From Octopus vulgaris (Eukaryota): a stretch of 64,000 nucleotides of DNA. Under the pieces are notes generated by a model. That model ran no database searches. It worked only from the letters and a program-made list of their open reading frames with translations, and was not told the DNA's origin. Of the stretch, positions 13,544 to 27,337 are shown piece after piece; position 1 is the first letter of the stretch; each line of letters starts with the position of its first letter. Location: positions 114,576,001 to 114,640,000 of the forward strand of contig OX597815.1 in NCBI GenBank assembly GCA_951406725.2. Reading direction: 5' to 3'. The translations under genes were made by a program, and so were the position numbers.

Positions 13544-14320
13544 TGTATGTATGTATGTATGTATGTATGTATGTGTGTATGTATGTGTGTATGTATGCGT
13601 GTATATGTATGTGTGTGTATATATGTGTGTATGCATGTATGTTTGTATGTGTGTGTATGAGTTTGTGTGTGTGTCTTCGCGTTCGTCCCCTACCACCGTT
13701 TGACTACCAGAGTTGCTTTGTTTACGTCCCCCTAACTTAGGGGTTCAGCAAATGTGAGACCGTTAGAACAAGTACCAAGTACAAGAGTTTAATTAAGAAT
13801 AACTCCTGGAATTGCCTTATTCGACTATAACTCTTCAAGGCTGTGCCCAGGGCCGGCTCAAGGTACTGGCAACTCGGGCAGTCACCCGGGGCACCATGTG
13901 GGAGGGGGCGCCATGTAGTAGGGGGTGCCAAGGAGGGCGTGACAAAGACAAGGAAATTCTTACGACCATCAGCTTGTAGTGGGTTGGCGCATAATTATTG
14001 CGGCTTTTTTTCAACAAATTTTATTCAACAAAAACAATAACAATATTTAACAAAAACATCTTTAAATGACGGTCTGACCGTCCGCCAAGCAAACAGGAAG
14101 CAGTAATTGAAGTAGATGGGGAATATACTCCGGAACAATTTATTTAAAGATGTTTTTGTTACATGTTGTTATTGTTTTTGTTGAAAAAAGTCACAGTAAT
14201 TATACACCAACCCAATACATGCCGAAATTCAGCTTGCCCGGTGCGCCAGCAACCCTAGGGCCGGCCCTGGCTATACCCCAGCATGGCTGCAGTCCAATGA
14301 CTGATACAAGCAAAAGAAAG
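13350..14320 (+). mobile_element. SINE family 2 copy interrupted by a MITE
   Basis: Head ~13350-13500, microsatellite, body to 13847; tail resumes at ~14278 (ccagcatggctgcagtccaatgactga). Confidence 0.75.
13848..14269. mobile_element. hAT-like non-autonomous MITE
   Basis: TIRs cagggccggc / gccggccctg; 8-bp imperfect TSD gctgtgcc / gctatacc; long internal inverted arms (~13990-14068 vs ~14142-14205). Confidence 0.8.
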
Positions 14321-15064
14321 CGCTTTAATGCAACTGTTTTATCTAGTATTTGAATCAGAAGTTTTGATAACCTTTTTAATGATTGATTTGTCCGTGATGT
14401 AATGAGAACCAGAGTGCAGTTTAATTTCTTTCATACGCTAATAGTCAAAATTAACCTCGACAAGCGTAAGGTTGTGGAGTGTTCATATGGATAGATGTTT
14501 GTATATGCGTTTGCTTGTGTGTGCATGCGCTTGTGCGTGTGTGGTTATCTTTAAGTTATTTGAGTTCGGTTAAAAGAAAATATTGTTTAGCCAAATTTGC
14601 TCTCACATAAGGCGCCATAACTTCCTCTTCACAATTGCTTCAAGACGTCTTGAATAGCAGAGCATAAAACTACTTCTGATACATTATTGAAGCAAATATG
14701 GCAACAACAACAACAACAACAACAGCTACAACATCGACTTCGGCGAATACTAAAACAACGAACGACAACATAAAAACAAATTATATTTTTGATAGAAGAA
14801 GACTTAGAAAACTTAGAAGAAGATGATAATGATGATGATGGAAAAGAAGGAGGACCAGGAGTCTTTTCGTGTTCGTTACATCTCTCATTGTGGCAATGAC
14901 GTATGATGATGATGATGATGATGATGAACGTAGCGGGGTGACGGCAAAGGGGGAAGAGGTTGGGTGGGGGGGGGGGGAATTATGATGATGCTTGCGAGAA
15001 AGCGTTGAAAGAAGAATAGTTAATTCTTATGAAAGAGCATCCTGTTTGTGGAAGGAAGCGAAAT

Positions 15065-15116
15065 GAAAGAGAAAGAAAGAAAGAAAGAAAGAAAGAAGGA
15101 AAGCGAGAAAGAAAAA

Positions 15117-15175
<59 letters not shown>

Positions 15176-15195
15176 CGAGAAAGAAAGAAAGAGAG

Positions 15196-15276
<81 letters not shown>

Positions 15277-15292
15277 CAAAGAAAGAAAGAAA
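15065..15292. repeat. (GAAA)n microsatellite
   Basis: Directly visible. Confidence 0.98.
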
Positions 15293-15506
15293 GTACGAGG
15301 TTATGAATGAATGGGTGTATGGATTGATGAATGGATGACTCTAGAATAGCTTGATAGGTAGAAAGGGGTGGATGACCGAATAAATGAATGAGTGAAACCT
15401 GAATGACCCCCGGCCAGATATCGGCGCTCGAGTATCTTAGCAGTGTAATAAACGACGCAGATATGATAGTAATTTGTGTCAAAAATCAGTAAATGTTTTC
15501 AGTGTC

Positions 15507-15538
<32 letters not shown>

Positions 15539-15840
15539 ACAACAACACCGCCACCTACTACTGCTGCTGCTAGTATTACTACTACTACTACGAATACTAC
15601 TACTACAACAAAAGCTAACACATATAACTATTATATTACTCTTAGTGTGATAACTTCACCTAACACATTTCTCAGTGCGACACTTCTATAGATAACAATT
15701 TTGTGAGTGTGTTGCCACTGTAATCTAACACATTTTTACGTGTGGTACTACTAAAAATGGCCAAATGAAAATAAATCTACACTTCTGCGACTTTTAAATC
15801 TATTACACTTCTAAATATGATGATACTACTATAGCTAATA

Positions 15841-16140
15841 TGGAGGCACATGGCCTAGTGGTTAGAGCAGCGGACTCGCGGTCGAGGAATCACGAGTTCG
15901 AATCTCAGACCGGGCGATGTGTGCTTATGAGCGAAACACCTAAGTTCCACGCGGCTCCGGCAGAAGGTTAATGGCGAACTTCTGATTCTTTCGCCACAAC
16001 TTTCTCTCACTCTTGCCTCCTGCATCATGCAGCTCACCTGTGACGGACCGGCGTCCCGTCCAGATGGGGAACCAATACGCCAAGGAAACCGGGAAGCCGG
16101 CCCTTATGAGCTAGACTTGACTCGAGAAGGAACAAACAAC
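15841..16140 (+). mobile_element. SINE family 3 (tRNA-Arg-like head)
   Basis: tggcctagtggttagagcagcggactcgcggtcg...gagttcgaatct: A/B boxes and a TCG anticodon-like loop, followed by a non-tRNA body. Confidence 0.8.
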
Positions 16141-16304
16141 AAAACTATAGCTAAATGCATTTTTATCTATGGTACTATTAAAGCACTACATTCTTCCAAG
16201 CTATTGCACATGTAGCACCTTTTGTTATCGATTTCACTTTGTACTTGCCACAACAATAAAGGCAAACACGTCTCATCTCTAGTTTCATTATTAGGGAACT
16301 GAGA

Positions 16305-16710
16305 AGGCGGCGAGCTGGCAGAAACGTTAGCACGCCGGGAGAAATGCTTTGCAGTATTTCGTCCGCTGCTGCTTTCTGAGTTCAAATTCTGCCGAGGTCG
16401 ACTTTGCCTTTCATCCTTTCGGGGTCGATAAAATAAGTACCAGTTACGCACTGGGGTCGATGTAATAGACTTAATCCGTTTGTCTGTCCTTGTTTGCCCC
16501 CTCTATGTTTAGCCCCTTGTGGGTAGTAAAGAAATAGGTATTTCGTCTGCCGCTACGTTCTGAGTTCAAATTCCGCCGAGGTCGACTTTGCCTTTCATCC
16601 TTTCGGGGTCGATAAATTAAGTACCAGTTACGCACTGGGGTCGATATAATCGACTGGCCCCCTTCCCCAAAAAATTTCAAGGCCTTTTGCCGAGAGTAGA
16701 AATAATTATT
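16305..16710 (+). mobile_element. SINE family 1 nested dimer (tail B then tail A)
   Basis: One full head, two cores; junction aaagaaata|ggtatttcgtctgcc. Confidence 0.9.
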
Positions 16711-17669
16711 AGTGAACTGTGTTCAACAGCTGTAGACCCACTGTTCTCCATTAGGGTCTTGATTTCGCATTTAGACGTACGTCTACGTTTCAGTTCCCTG
16801 TTCCATGGGTTGGTTATCCTCACTTCGTTTATGAAATGTCATACTCCATTATGTTGTTTGAGTTCGTTGTTTACTCCCGCAAAACATTCATTGGCTACAT
16901 TCTGTATCACATGTCGCAAGACTTTTTAATCATCTTTACCTTCATTTCACATTTCCTTACTTGAGTTCACCTCGATGAAGTGCTGGTAATAACCAATGGC
17001 ACTCTTCTTTTCCAACAACTGTAAACGATTTTTTACTTCGACACATATAGGTCAGGCTAAGCGATGGCAGGTCTCCAGGCTCTAGCGTAGCTAGTGTGTG
17101 TGCCGCCCGGGATGGGCTTCTGTTTGCCGCCCCCAGACCCCATAAAAAACACATATTTCCTACAGCAGATCCAAAAGTGGTGCCCCTTTAGAAGTGCCAC
17201 CAGGGGTGGACATCCCCTACCGCCTCCCACAAGCTTCGTCAGGGGGAGGCGGTTGGAAATTCCAGGTGATATCATTGGAACCTGTGGGCTTCTACTACCG
17301 ACTATGTTACAACCTTTGAGGACCTCTGTATTCAACACCACGTTGCTTCACCTTTTCCTCGCGAGGATGTATTCCTAGTTATTCCTCAGCGGAAGTGGCA
17401 CAATCTTCGAGGGTTCACAACATGCCTGTACGTTCCTGAGTCTGAAAGTTGGTAAAGACGACGTCGTTTCCTGAAGGAAGTCAATAAGGAATTGTACATT
17501 CCTGTTGGTAAGATTTTGGTCTGTGAAGGACTCTTATTCTGAACTACTCTGAATGTTAAAGTCACCGGATATTTTCAAGCAGTAATGAATTTGTACTGCA
17601 CCGACTGTAACTCGAAGTTTTTCCACATCCTTTCCATTACTGGGGGAAAAGTTCACTTTCATAATGCTG

Positions 17670-17672
<3 letters not shown>

Positions 17673-17744
<72 letters not shown>

Positions 17745-17749
17745 CATCA

Positions 17750-17810
<61 letters not shown>

Positions 17811-17886
17811 AAAATTATTATTATTATTATTATTATTATATTATTATATTATTATTATATATATATTATTATTATTATTATTATTA
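17673..17886. repeat. (TTA)n microsatellite
   Basis: Directly visible. Confidence 0.98.
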
Positions 17887-18032
17887 GACTTGGAAGCATT
17901 GGTTTTCATTTTGTTACAAAGATAAGGAGTCTGGGCAAAGGGATCGAAAACCTAGTTTTGACGGCTCGTGCAACATGTATCCGTGCTGTAATTCAACATC
18001 ATACTCTATGCAATAAAGTATGACGTTAAATA

Positions 18033-18670
18033 CGCGGGGATACCCAAAAGAAACCAGAATTTTGCAATATTTTTCTATTCATTTAGTTTTACATGTTTAC
18101 ACTTTTATCACCTTCAAAGTATTCTCCATTTGAAGCAATGCATCGGTCCAGACGCGTTTTCCACTGTTCGAAGCAGTGCTGGAAACTCTTGCGAAGTGAT
18201 GCCTTTTAACACCTCCGTGGGTTTTTTTTTTTTTTATTCACCTCTTCCACACCTGCAAATTCTGTAACACCAGCTTTCGTCACCAGTGATGACATTCGAA
18301 AAAAGGTCCGGATCAACTTTCAACTGCTTTTTCAGTTTACAACACGTATTCAGACGTGACTGCTTTTGATCTTCCTTGAGTAAGCGAGGCACAAATTTTG
18401 TTGCAACTGTTTTCATTCGCAATTCCTCGCTCAAAATTCGTTGGGAGGAGCTCCAATATACACTAGTCATATCAACAAGTTTATCAATTGATGACGGGGC
18501 TTCCATTCATTCGGGAGGTCAATGGTCGCCTTGAACGCGGTTGGTTCTTCAGCGACAAATAATCATTCCTAAAGGTGAAAACCACTCATAAACTTGTGTT
18601 TTGCTCATGGCAACGTCCTTGTAAACTTTTTAAAGCACGATAACTGTTTCGGCCGCTGTTTCCCCCAGAG
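18033..18670 (-). mobile_element. Mariner internal-deletion derivative
   Basis: TA followed by TIR cgcggggatacccaaaagaaacc (like 36947); peptide LSEELRMKTVATKFVPRLL...VITGDESWCY joined directly to the C-terminal CIASNGEYFEGD region. Confidence 0.85.
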
Positions 18671-19002
18671 CAATTATATTGAGAGTGAGAGGCAGAGAAA
18701 GAGAGACAGACAGACAGACAGACAGAGAGTGCATGCGTGTGTGTGTGTATGTGCATGTGTGTGTGATTACGGTATGCCAGCTGATACATTACGCTGTCAC
18801 GTGATTAGTGGAAGTGAGAGGTGAAGAGAAAGAGAGAAATGATAATGTCGTGAAGAGGAGAATGACATGGTTAGAGAGTTTGTTCAAGTAAGAGAGAGAG
18901 GGAAAAAGAGAGAGAGAAATATAAAGTATTTCGCTGAGGGAAATTCTAAACATCATAAATTAATGTAACTGACATTTTAATATTCAATTTTATACATTTT
19001 GT

Positions 19003-19413
19003 TTATTTCTTTATTGCTCACAAGGGACATAGAGGGGACAAGTAAGGACAGACAAAGGGATTAATTCGATTACAACGACCCCAGTGCGTAACTGGTACTT
19101 AATTTATCGACCCCGAAAGGATGAAAGGCAAAGTCGACCCCGGCGGAATTTGAACTCAGAACGTAACGGCAGACGAAATATCTATTTCTTTACTGCCCAC
19201 AAGGGGCTACACACAGAGGGGATAAACAAGGACAGACAAACGGATTAAGTCGATTATATCGACCCCAGTGCGTAACTGGTACTTATTTAATCGACCCCTA
19301 AAGGATGAAAGGCAAAGTCGACCTCGGCAGAATTTGAACTCAGAACGTAAAGACAGACGAAATACGGCTACGCATTTCGCCCGGCGTGCTAACGTTTCTG
19401 CCAGCTCGCCGCC
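19003..19413 (-). mobile_element. SINE family 1 nested dimer
   Basis: One head, two cores, both with tail B. Confidence 0.9.
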
Positions 19414-20529
19414 TGTATAATTTTATGTATCTTGTTTCTGTCGATCTATTTATTTATCTATACACTTTGACGAATATATCGATGGCTGGACGGAAGAAAT
19501 AGGGCTTATATTAGATATAGTAATAAACTTATCATAGATAGAATGATAGATTATTCTATGGAATTAAAATAAGTTAGTTAAATGGCTTTGGATTTGTTGT
19601 TGAAACTTTGTATTATCAGACTAGATAGATACATCGACACCAAGAAAATATATGAATAAACAACTTAACTGAAATGAAATAAAAACAAACAAACGCGACT
19701 GAAAACAATACCACCGCCTTCGTTAAGGCGAAAGTAATAATTTTGATTGGCAAACAACTTAAATTGAGCCTTGCTACTAAAAACTATGATGCTAGTGATG
19801 GTGATGTTGGTGATGGTTGTAGTGGTGATGGTTGTAGTGGTGATGATAGGTGATAGTTGTTGTTGTTGTTGTTGTGGTGGTGGTGGTGGTAGTGAGTGGA
19901 TATTGAAAAGTGTAGATTTTTTATTGAACTAAGTGTTTTTTATATCACCCATCACTTAACGCATGCCCATAGGTGCAATTATTTATCATCTGATCGGTTG
20001 ATATTTAATATTTGTTTATAAAATATGGATAACAGACGACTTAAGCTAACAAGTGATAGAATGAGACGGTGTAGGAAACGACGTAAGAAGCAAAGGATGG
20101 ACTCACTCGAACAACCACGAAAAAGGCAGCGTAGTAGAGAAAATATAAATGAAAGACACAGAGAGTATTTAAACAGATAAGAGAACGTGTGCAAGTCAGA
20201 AGAGAAAATGAAAATGGGAGAGAAAATCGAAAAAGACTAAATATATGGTTGAAAGTTTAAATATTGGTGACATGAGTATTCTCTGTAGACATTATATAGT
20301 TCTTCGATTTATAAATGGACCTGCGAACTACTGAGAGATTGGGATTTGCCGGAAGATTTGAGAAGGAGAGAGGCACCTGCTGAGGTGCCCTTGGTGGTTG
20401 GGGTAACCAGGATGTGTGGGGTTCCTCGGTTGTCCCTGTGTGGAATTCTCCCCCATTGAAGAATTTTTATTATTGAATTTTTGTTGTTAACTGTTCATGT
20501 TTTAATTTTATACACGAAGCTTTGTGCTA

Positions 20530-20660
20530 AGCCCCATAAAATAAGTACCAGTTACGCACTGGGGTCGATGTAATTGACTTAGTCCCCTCTCCCATTTTTT
20601 CTCCCATTTTTCAAATTTTTGCCCTTGTGGCAAAAATTTGAAATCATTATTATTATTATT

Positions 20661-20701
<41 letters not shown>

Positions 20702-21175
20702 GAGTATTATTATTAAGGAGACGAGCTGGCAGAATCGTTAGCGCACTGGACGAAATGTTTAGTTACGTTCTAAGTTCAAATTCCGCCGAGGTCGACTTTT
20801 CCTTTCATCCTTTTGGGGTTGATGAATTACGTATCAGTGAAACAGTGGGATCGATGTAATCGATTAGTCCCCTCCCATAAAATTTCAGGCCTTGTGCCTT
20901 CAGTAGAAAGGATTATTCTTATTATGGCAGCGAGTTGGCAGAATCGTAGCACGCTGGGCAAAAAGCTTTGCAGCAATTCGTCCGGTTTTTTTTTATGTTC
21001 TCAGTTCAAATTCCGCCGAGGTTGACTTTATCTTTCCCCCTTTCGAGGTCGACTTTACCTTTCATCCTTTCGAGGTCGATAAAATAAGTACCAATTGAGC
21101 ACCGGAATCGATGTACTCGACTAGTCCTCTTACCCCAGAATTTCAGGTCTTGTGCCTTTAGTTCAAAGGATCATT
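20530..21175 (+). mobile_element. SINE family 1 cluster in ATT/ATC tracts
   Basis: A 3' fragment plus two headed copies (~20716, ~20925). Confidence 0.8.
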
Positions 21176-21200
21176 ATTATTATTATCATTGCTGTTGTTG

Positions 21201-21306
21201 TCTTCTTCTTCTTCTTCTTCTTCTTCTTCTTCTTCTTCTTCTTCTTCTTCTTCTTCTTCTTCTTCTTCTTCTTCTTCTTCTTCTTCTTCTTCTTCTTCTT
21301 CTTCTT
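21201..21306. repeat. (TTC)n microsatellite
   Basis: Directly visible. Confidence 0.98.
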
Positions 21307-21589
21307 CCTCTTCCTCCTCCAATCAGGACTCACGCCATTAGCTACAAAGAATAATCTCTAATTCGAGCCTATTCTAAGCTACCATGAATGCGTGTGGCAA
21401 CTTGAAGATCCACCCATCACCCGCGACAGACTGGCGGTTGCACGGGCGCGAAAGCTACGTTGTTATTCATGTTCCGTAAACGGTGGCTTTTAACGTGTGG
21501 ACAGCTGAACCATCCTGGGGTACAGAGGATTCGCAATCTAGACTAGGGTCTGAAAGTTTACCACACCATAGTGGGTTACACCATGCTTC

Positions 21590-21803
21590 CTCTGCTTTGT
21601 GGCAGAAGTAAGAAGAAAGAGTGAGAGAAAGTTGTGGTGAAAGAATACAGCGGGGTTCACCACCATCAGCACCCCGCCAGAGCCTCGTGGAGCTTAGGTG
21701 TTTTTTGCTCAATAAACACTCACAATGCCCGGTCTGGGAATCGAAACCACATTCTTACGACCGCGAGTCCGCTGCTCCAACCACTGGGCCATTGCGCCTC
21801 CAC
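21590..21803 (-). mobile_element. SINE family 3 copy
   Basis: Reverse-complement match to 15841 and 23598 copies. Confidence 0.8.
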
Positions 21804-22340
21804 AGTTGTTGTTGTTGAGTATCTTTCCCTCTACCTACCGAAGTTTGCTTGATAAGAATGTTCTTCTATTACTATGGTCAATAACACCTTTCACATACAT
21901 TACACTCGTATCGATAATGTTCTCAGGAAAGGCATGAACATCACAACTATGCTTCTGTAGAAAGGCATTCAGGTTCCGTGAGTATATGAGAAGCGATTCA
22001 TGTCCACACCGTCATCATCTATTTTCTCCAACAAACTTTATCATGAATTGGCATCAAGAGGTGACAACATAATAACCATATGTGAAACCTCAGGCTTTCA
22101 CACAGTATATAAGGAATGCTCTCTCTCTCTCTCCCTCTCTCTTGCTTTCTCCTCTCTCTCATACCCACACGCACAAATTCTTACTTTTCTCTTTCTCTCC
22201 TTCCGTCTACCACTGTCTCCTTTACTCTCTCCCTTACACTCTCCGTTCCTCCCTCTCTCTCTCTCTCACGCACACGCGCACAAATTCTCTGTCACACTCA
22301 AACACACATACACACGTAAACACACACATAAACACACACA

Positions 22341-22389
<49 letters not shown>

Positions 22390-22482
22390 TTTCTTTCTCT
22401 CAAACACACAAAGACACACACAAATGCGCACACCCTTTTCCCTCTCTCGCTCAAACACTCTTTCTCACACACACACAATCCT

Positions 22483-22540
<58 letters not shown>

Positions 22541-23159
22541 CTTTCCTTTTGTCTCTCATAAGCTTGTTTCCTTCACTCTACATTTCGCCTTTGTCTTTCC
22601 GCTTCTGTTCTTACTCTTCATTAATTTCATAATCTTCCATTTTACGCTCCCTTTCTGGTCTCTTTCTTTCTTCATTTCCTTTCCACTTTATCAGTTTCCA
22701 TGTGTATGTATGTATGTATGTATGTATGTATGTATGTATGTATGTATGTATGTATGCAGATTTGTATGTTTTATGTATGTATTCTCACGTATATAGTTGC
22801 ATATCTAGACTTGATCATTTATATTTAAATGATAAACTTCTGAAAGTTTTACAGATTTTTACAGTTCTAGTGATGAATTGTATGTATGTATGCATGCATG
22901 TATGTATGTATGTATGTATGTATGTATGTATGTATGTATGTATGTATGTATGCATGTCATTATTCAATATTATTTCAAGATTTCTTGCCAATAGAGAAAG
23001 AGCCTGTTTGTAACCTGAATTCAAGGAACTTTGGAATTTCAACATCGACTACAGGGTATGTATGCATGTATGTATGTATGTATGTATGTATGTATGTATG
23101 TATGTATGTATGTATTTATGTACGTATGTGAGCGTGTGTGGATGCATTTATACACACAT

Positions 23160-23253
<94 letters not shown>

Positions 23254-23597
23254 ATTCACTGGGTAAATTACTTAGGAACGCTATTCGTAGAGAAAACAAT
23301 GGTGGAATTTGTGCTAACGGTGACAATTAAAAAGCAGCCTCGATTAAGCTGTGGAGAAAATATTGGTTTCAAATGTTAAGGAAGGGGTTACATCACCCCC
23401 AGCGCTCAACTGGTACTTACTTTATCGACTTCGAAAGGGTGAAAGGCAAAGCCGACCTCGGTGGAAATTGAAGTCAGAACGTAAAGACGGACGAAATGAC
23501 GCTAAGCATTTTGCTCGGCGTGTTAACGATTCTGCCAGCACTCCGTCCTAACAGTGGAGAAAATATTAATTAATGATTATATATTATATTTGGTCTG

Positions 23598-23885
23598 TGG
23601 AGGCGCAATAGCCCTGTGGTTAGGGCAGCGGACTCGCGGTTGTAGGATCGCGGTTTCGATTCGTTGTGAATGTTTATTGAGCGAAAACACCTAAAGCTCC
23701 ACGAGGCTCCGGCAGGGGGTTGCGGCGATCCCTGCTGTACTCTTTCGCCACTACTTTCACTCTTTCTTCTGTTGGCCTGCTCACTTAGCCAGCGAGATGG
23801 CGTCATTTGAAGGCTAAAACAATGCGAAACGCATTGTGACCAGCGATGTATAGCAACATCTGATAGCCTGGTCGGTCACGGTGAT
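23598..23885 (+). mobile_element. SINE family 3 copy
   Basis: tggaggcgcaatagccctgtggttagggcagcggactcgcgg head; body aacacctaaagctccacgaggctccggcag. Confidence 0.8.
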
Positions 23886-23909
23886 ATATTACATTTTGTC
23901 TATACAAAA

Positions 23910-25011
23910 GTACTACTCAATATAGTCTCCATTACAAAGAATGCAGTTTCACCATCATTGAACGCACCCCTCTAATCCACTTTGAAAAAATTCAGATGTT
24001 CACCGTTGTACACACGACTTCACAGCCCTTTTCACTTCGTCTGTATCACCAAACCCTTGTCTCTGAAAATTGTTCTTCATTGAATCGAACGGATGAAAAT
24101 CGGAGGACGCCTAATCCAGGATCTACATTAGATAGGGGAACTAAATGACTAACCCAATTTTCTTATTATCTGATTTGTTGCCAAAAATGCGTGTAGCTGT
24201 GAATTGTAATAGAGTATGTGAATCAAATTTCAAAATTTTGTTTGGTTTCTTCTTCTTAATGGCTTCTCTAAGCATTTTTGATTGTCTCAATGTACCGCTC
24301 ACTGTTCAAAGTACAGCCACGTTCTTAGGCCTTGGAGACGTGATGTGACATCATTTCATGGAGTGAACCTTCGTTTTCGGATCATAGAGATATGATCACA
24401 TTTTATCCCCTAGCATCAGATTGTTTGAAAGAAAAACCTGTCTTCGTTGCCTTCAAACGTTTTCAGCAGATCAGAGCAGATTTCCACTCCACTCTTTCAA
24501 ATCGGCTGTCAACTCTCGATATACCTACTTTGCACTCACTTTCTTATATCAGAAACCTTCCACCATCTTCTGTAATGCAGAATTTAGTCCAGTTGTGCAG
24601 CAAGTTCAAGGATTGTGAATTGACTATCCCTGTGAATGAATTTTTGCACTTGCTGACGATTCGTATCAGTAGCTGCAACTGAAGGCCTCTCACAGCATGG
24701 TTTGTCTTAATGCTGGTTTCTCCTTCAAATTTCATCCATCTCTGCATATTACTTTTGGCAATGGTATCATCATCGGAAACAACCTGCAGCTTCCTGTGAA
24801 TGTCGGACAGCCTGCACCTCCCCTTTATCGAGAACTCAATGGCGGAACATTGCTTCTGCTTGGGGCCATTGTCTGCTTGCAGTGAAAAAGACCAGAAGGG
24901 AAAGTTAGTATAGAATAAGAGTTATTCTACCAACACAATCGTTTTGAACGACTTATGTCAGTTAATAAAATGCTGCATCCACTTTTGCATTACTTTCAAT
25001 TCAACACTCGT
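23910..25011 (-). mobile_element. Old degraded mariner transposon
   Basis: Minus-strand relics ASSDFHPFDSMK...NCILCNGDYIE (YSPDLAPSD and C-terminal motifs) and QRWMKFEGETSIK; many stops. Confidence 0.7.
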
Positions 25012-26457
25012 GTCTATGCGTGTATGTACATATATATTTTAAATATACATACTCACATATATACATACATTACAAGTGTGTGTGTGTGTGTGCGTGTGCG
25101 TGTGTGCTGCGTGTATGCGTGCGTGTGTCTTCATCCGCCTCCATAGACATTCTCCACAAGCTGCAAAACTGATGAATATGTCTTTTGAGCTCTTTGAGAC
25201 AGAAATCCTTCGAGTGGCTTTTGTTGTCACATAACCTTTCCATTTTGAAATCTCGACAGGACCACACGCCGGTATGGTTCTGTGGTTCACGGGAGTCATA
25301 AGGAATTGTATATCCATTGAGATCTCATTCGGCAACATTCCTGATCATTGCGAGCACTCACAACTTTACTATGGTGTGCTACAACGGTGACGATGAGCCA
25401 GGGATTTGTCGTTGCCATTATCATCTTTGACTATACCCATCGTATTTCATCGCTCTAAGTTCTATGTCACCAATGCAACAGTAGGTGTCTGACTTAACAA
25501 CTCGGCCAAACACTTCACCCCGTCCTCAGTCTTAAAAGCCTGGCATACAGTCCTGAAGCTCTAAATGTTTTCTCGATGACAAGAGGAAATCCGCGCCATA
25601 TTTGATAATGCATAAGTCGATGGCATCCGTTTTTCCCTTTCTTGATCAAAAGATCTGGGAAACTTGCATTTGTTTTTGACATTAGATTATGCCAAGTAGA
25701 TATCTTTTCGGCTAGATTTTCCATTCAATATGTGTCACTTGTAGCAAGTAAATATGAAAGTACTAAACTCGCTCACTGTTTTCCACTGCGCGCTGTCGAG
25801 TCGTCAATTTCGCTAATAATTATTTTTTAATAACGCTTTTGTTCTGTTAGTTGTTTTGGTGTCCTTTTTTTGGTTCAAAAGTTTGAGCTTTCTCCCATTT
25901 TGAAAACATGTTTCACTCACATGTTTGCGTTGAATGTTGGTATAATGTTAAACCCTTTGAAATGTCGAATTATGGTTTTGCTTAAAAAACGAGCAATATT
26001 TTAATAACTTTTCTTGAATAAATTGCAGACGAATCATAACAGAAAAAGTCACTCAAATTTGGGAAAAGTATTCGCATTGAACAATATCCAACGGATCTAC
26101 GAAAGAAGAAGAAAAAAACAATTATCTTCCTCAGTTAAGAAACAAAACAAAACAAACACCACTATAATAGTTGTTTCTAAATAAGAGAGGAGACCAGCAA
26201 TTTTTAGGGGAAAGTGTAAGTCGATACCAACAACACCAGTACTGGACTGATACTTTATTTTATCGACTCCAGAAGGATGAGAGGCAAAACTGACGCCATC
26301 GGGATTTGAATGTAAAAAGCCGAAACAAATAACACAAGGTACCTTAATAATTCTGCCTGCTTGCAGCTCTTATAAAATATTATTATTAATAATAACAATG
26401 GTTTCTTTATTAACCACTAAAGAGTTACAGTAACAATAAGGAAGGGATGAGGAGGAG

Positions 26458-26604
<147 letters not shown>

Positions 26605-26806
26605 GGACGACAAAGACATCTCGTTCTTTTTTTAAAGTCAAACTGATCAGAAGTTGCTAATTGCTCTTAAAAGCAATAATTGGGTGAGTAGGTGAGAGAG
26701 GGAGAGAGAATCGGGACAGGGGGAGGAAAGGAGAAGAAAGAGAGAATCGGGTGGAGGAAGGAAAGGGAAGAGAGAGAGAGAGAGAGAGAGAAAGTGTGTG
26801 TATAAG

Positions 26807-26849
<43 letters not shown>

Positions 26850-27048
26850 GAGAGTAATGGGGACAAGATTCAGTGACAGCACTTTCTCTCCCATTCCCTT
26901 ATCAATCGCCACTTATTCAGTTGCCGGACTTCTGTACTAACGTTGAACCCTCCCAACTCCAGATAAGAGGGATGACGACCTGCAAGGATGATCTTCTGTT
27001 TACAGAAGGGCAACATTCAACAGATAGGGGGGAGCTACAGAAATAAAC

Positions 27049-27049
<1 letters not shown>

Positions 27050-27115
<66 letters not shown>

Positions 27116-27215
27116 TAATAATAAAATAAATAATAATAATAATAAAATAATAATAATAAAATAATATAAAAAATAATAATAATACTAAATAATAATAATA
27201 ATAATAATAATAATG

Positions 27216-27270
<55 letters not shown>

Positions 27271-27272
27271 TG

Positions 27273-27336
<64 letters not shown>
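27050..27336. repeat. (AAT)n microsatellite
   Basis: Directly visible. Confidence 0.98.

Positions 27337-27337
<1 letters not shown>

Noticed and set aside
15841-15915. tRNA-Arg-like gene
   Set aside because: No proper acceptor stem or terminator; it continues into a SINE body with diverged copies at 21590 and 23598.
16710-17660. GC-richer segment with short ORFs
   Set aside because: Probably mixed TE debris; no recognisable domain or paired termini.
25140-25830. Possible decayed transposase or gene fragment
   Set aside because: Looks coding-derived but no motif I can name.
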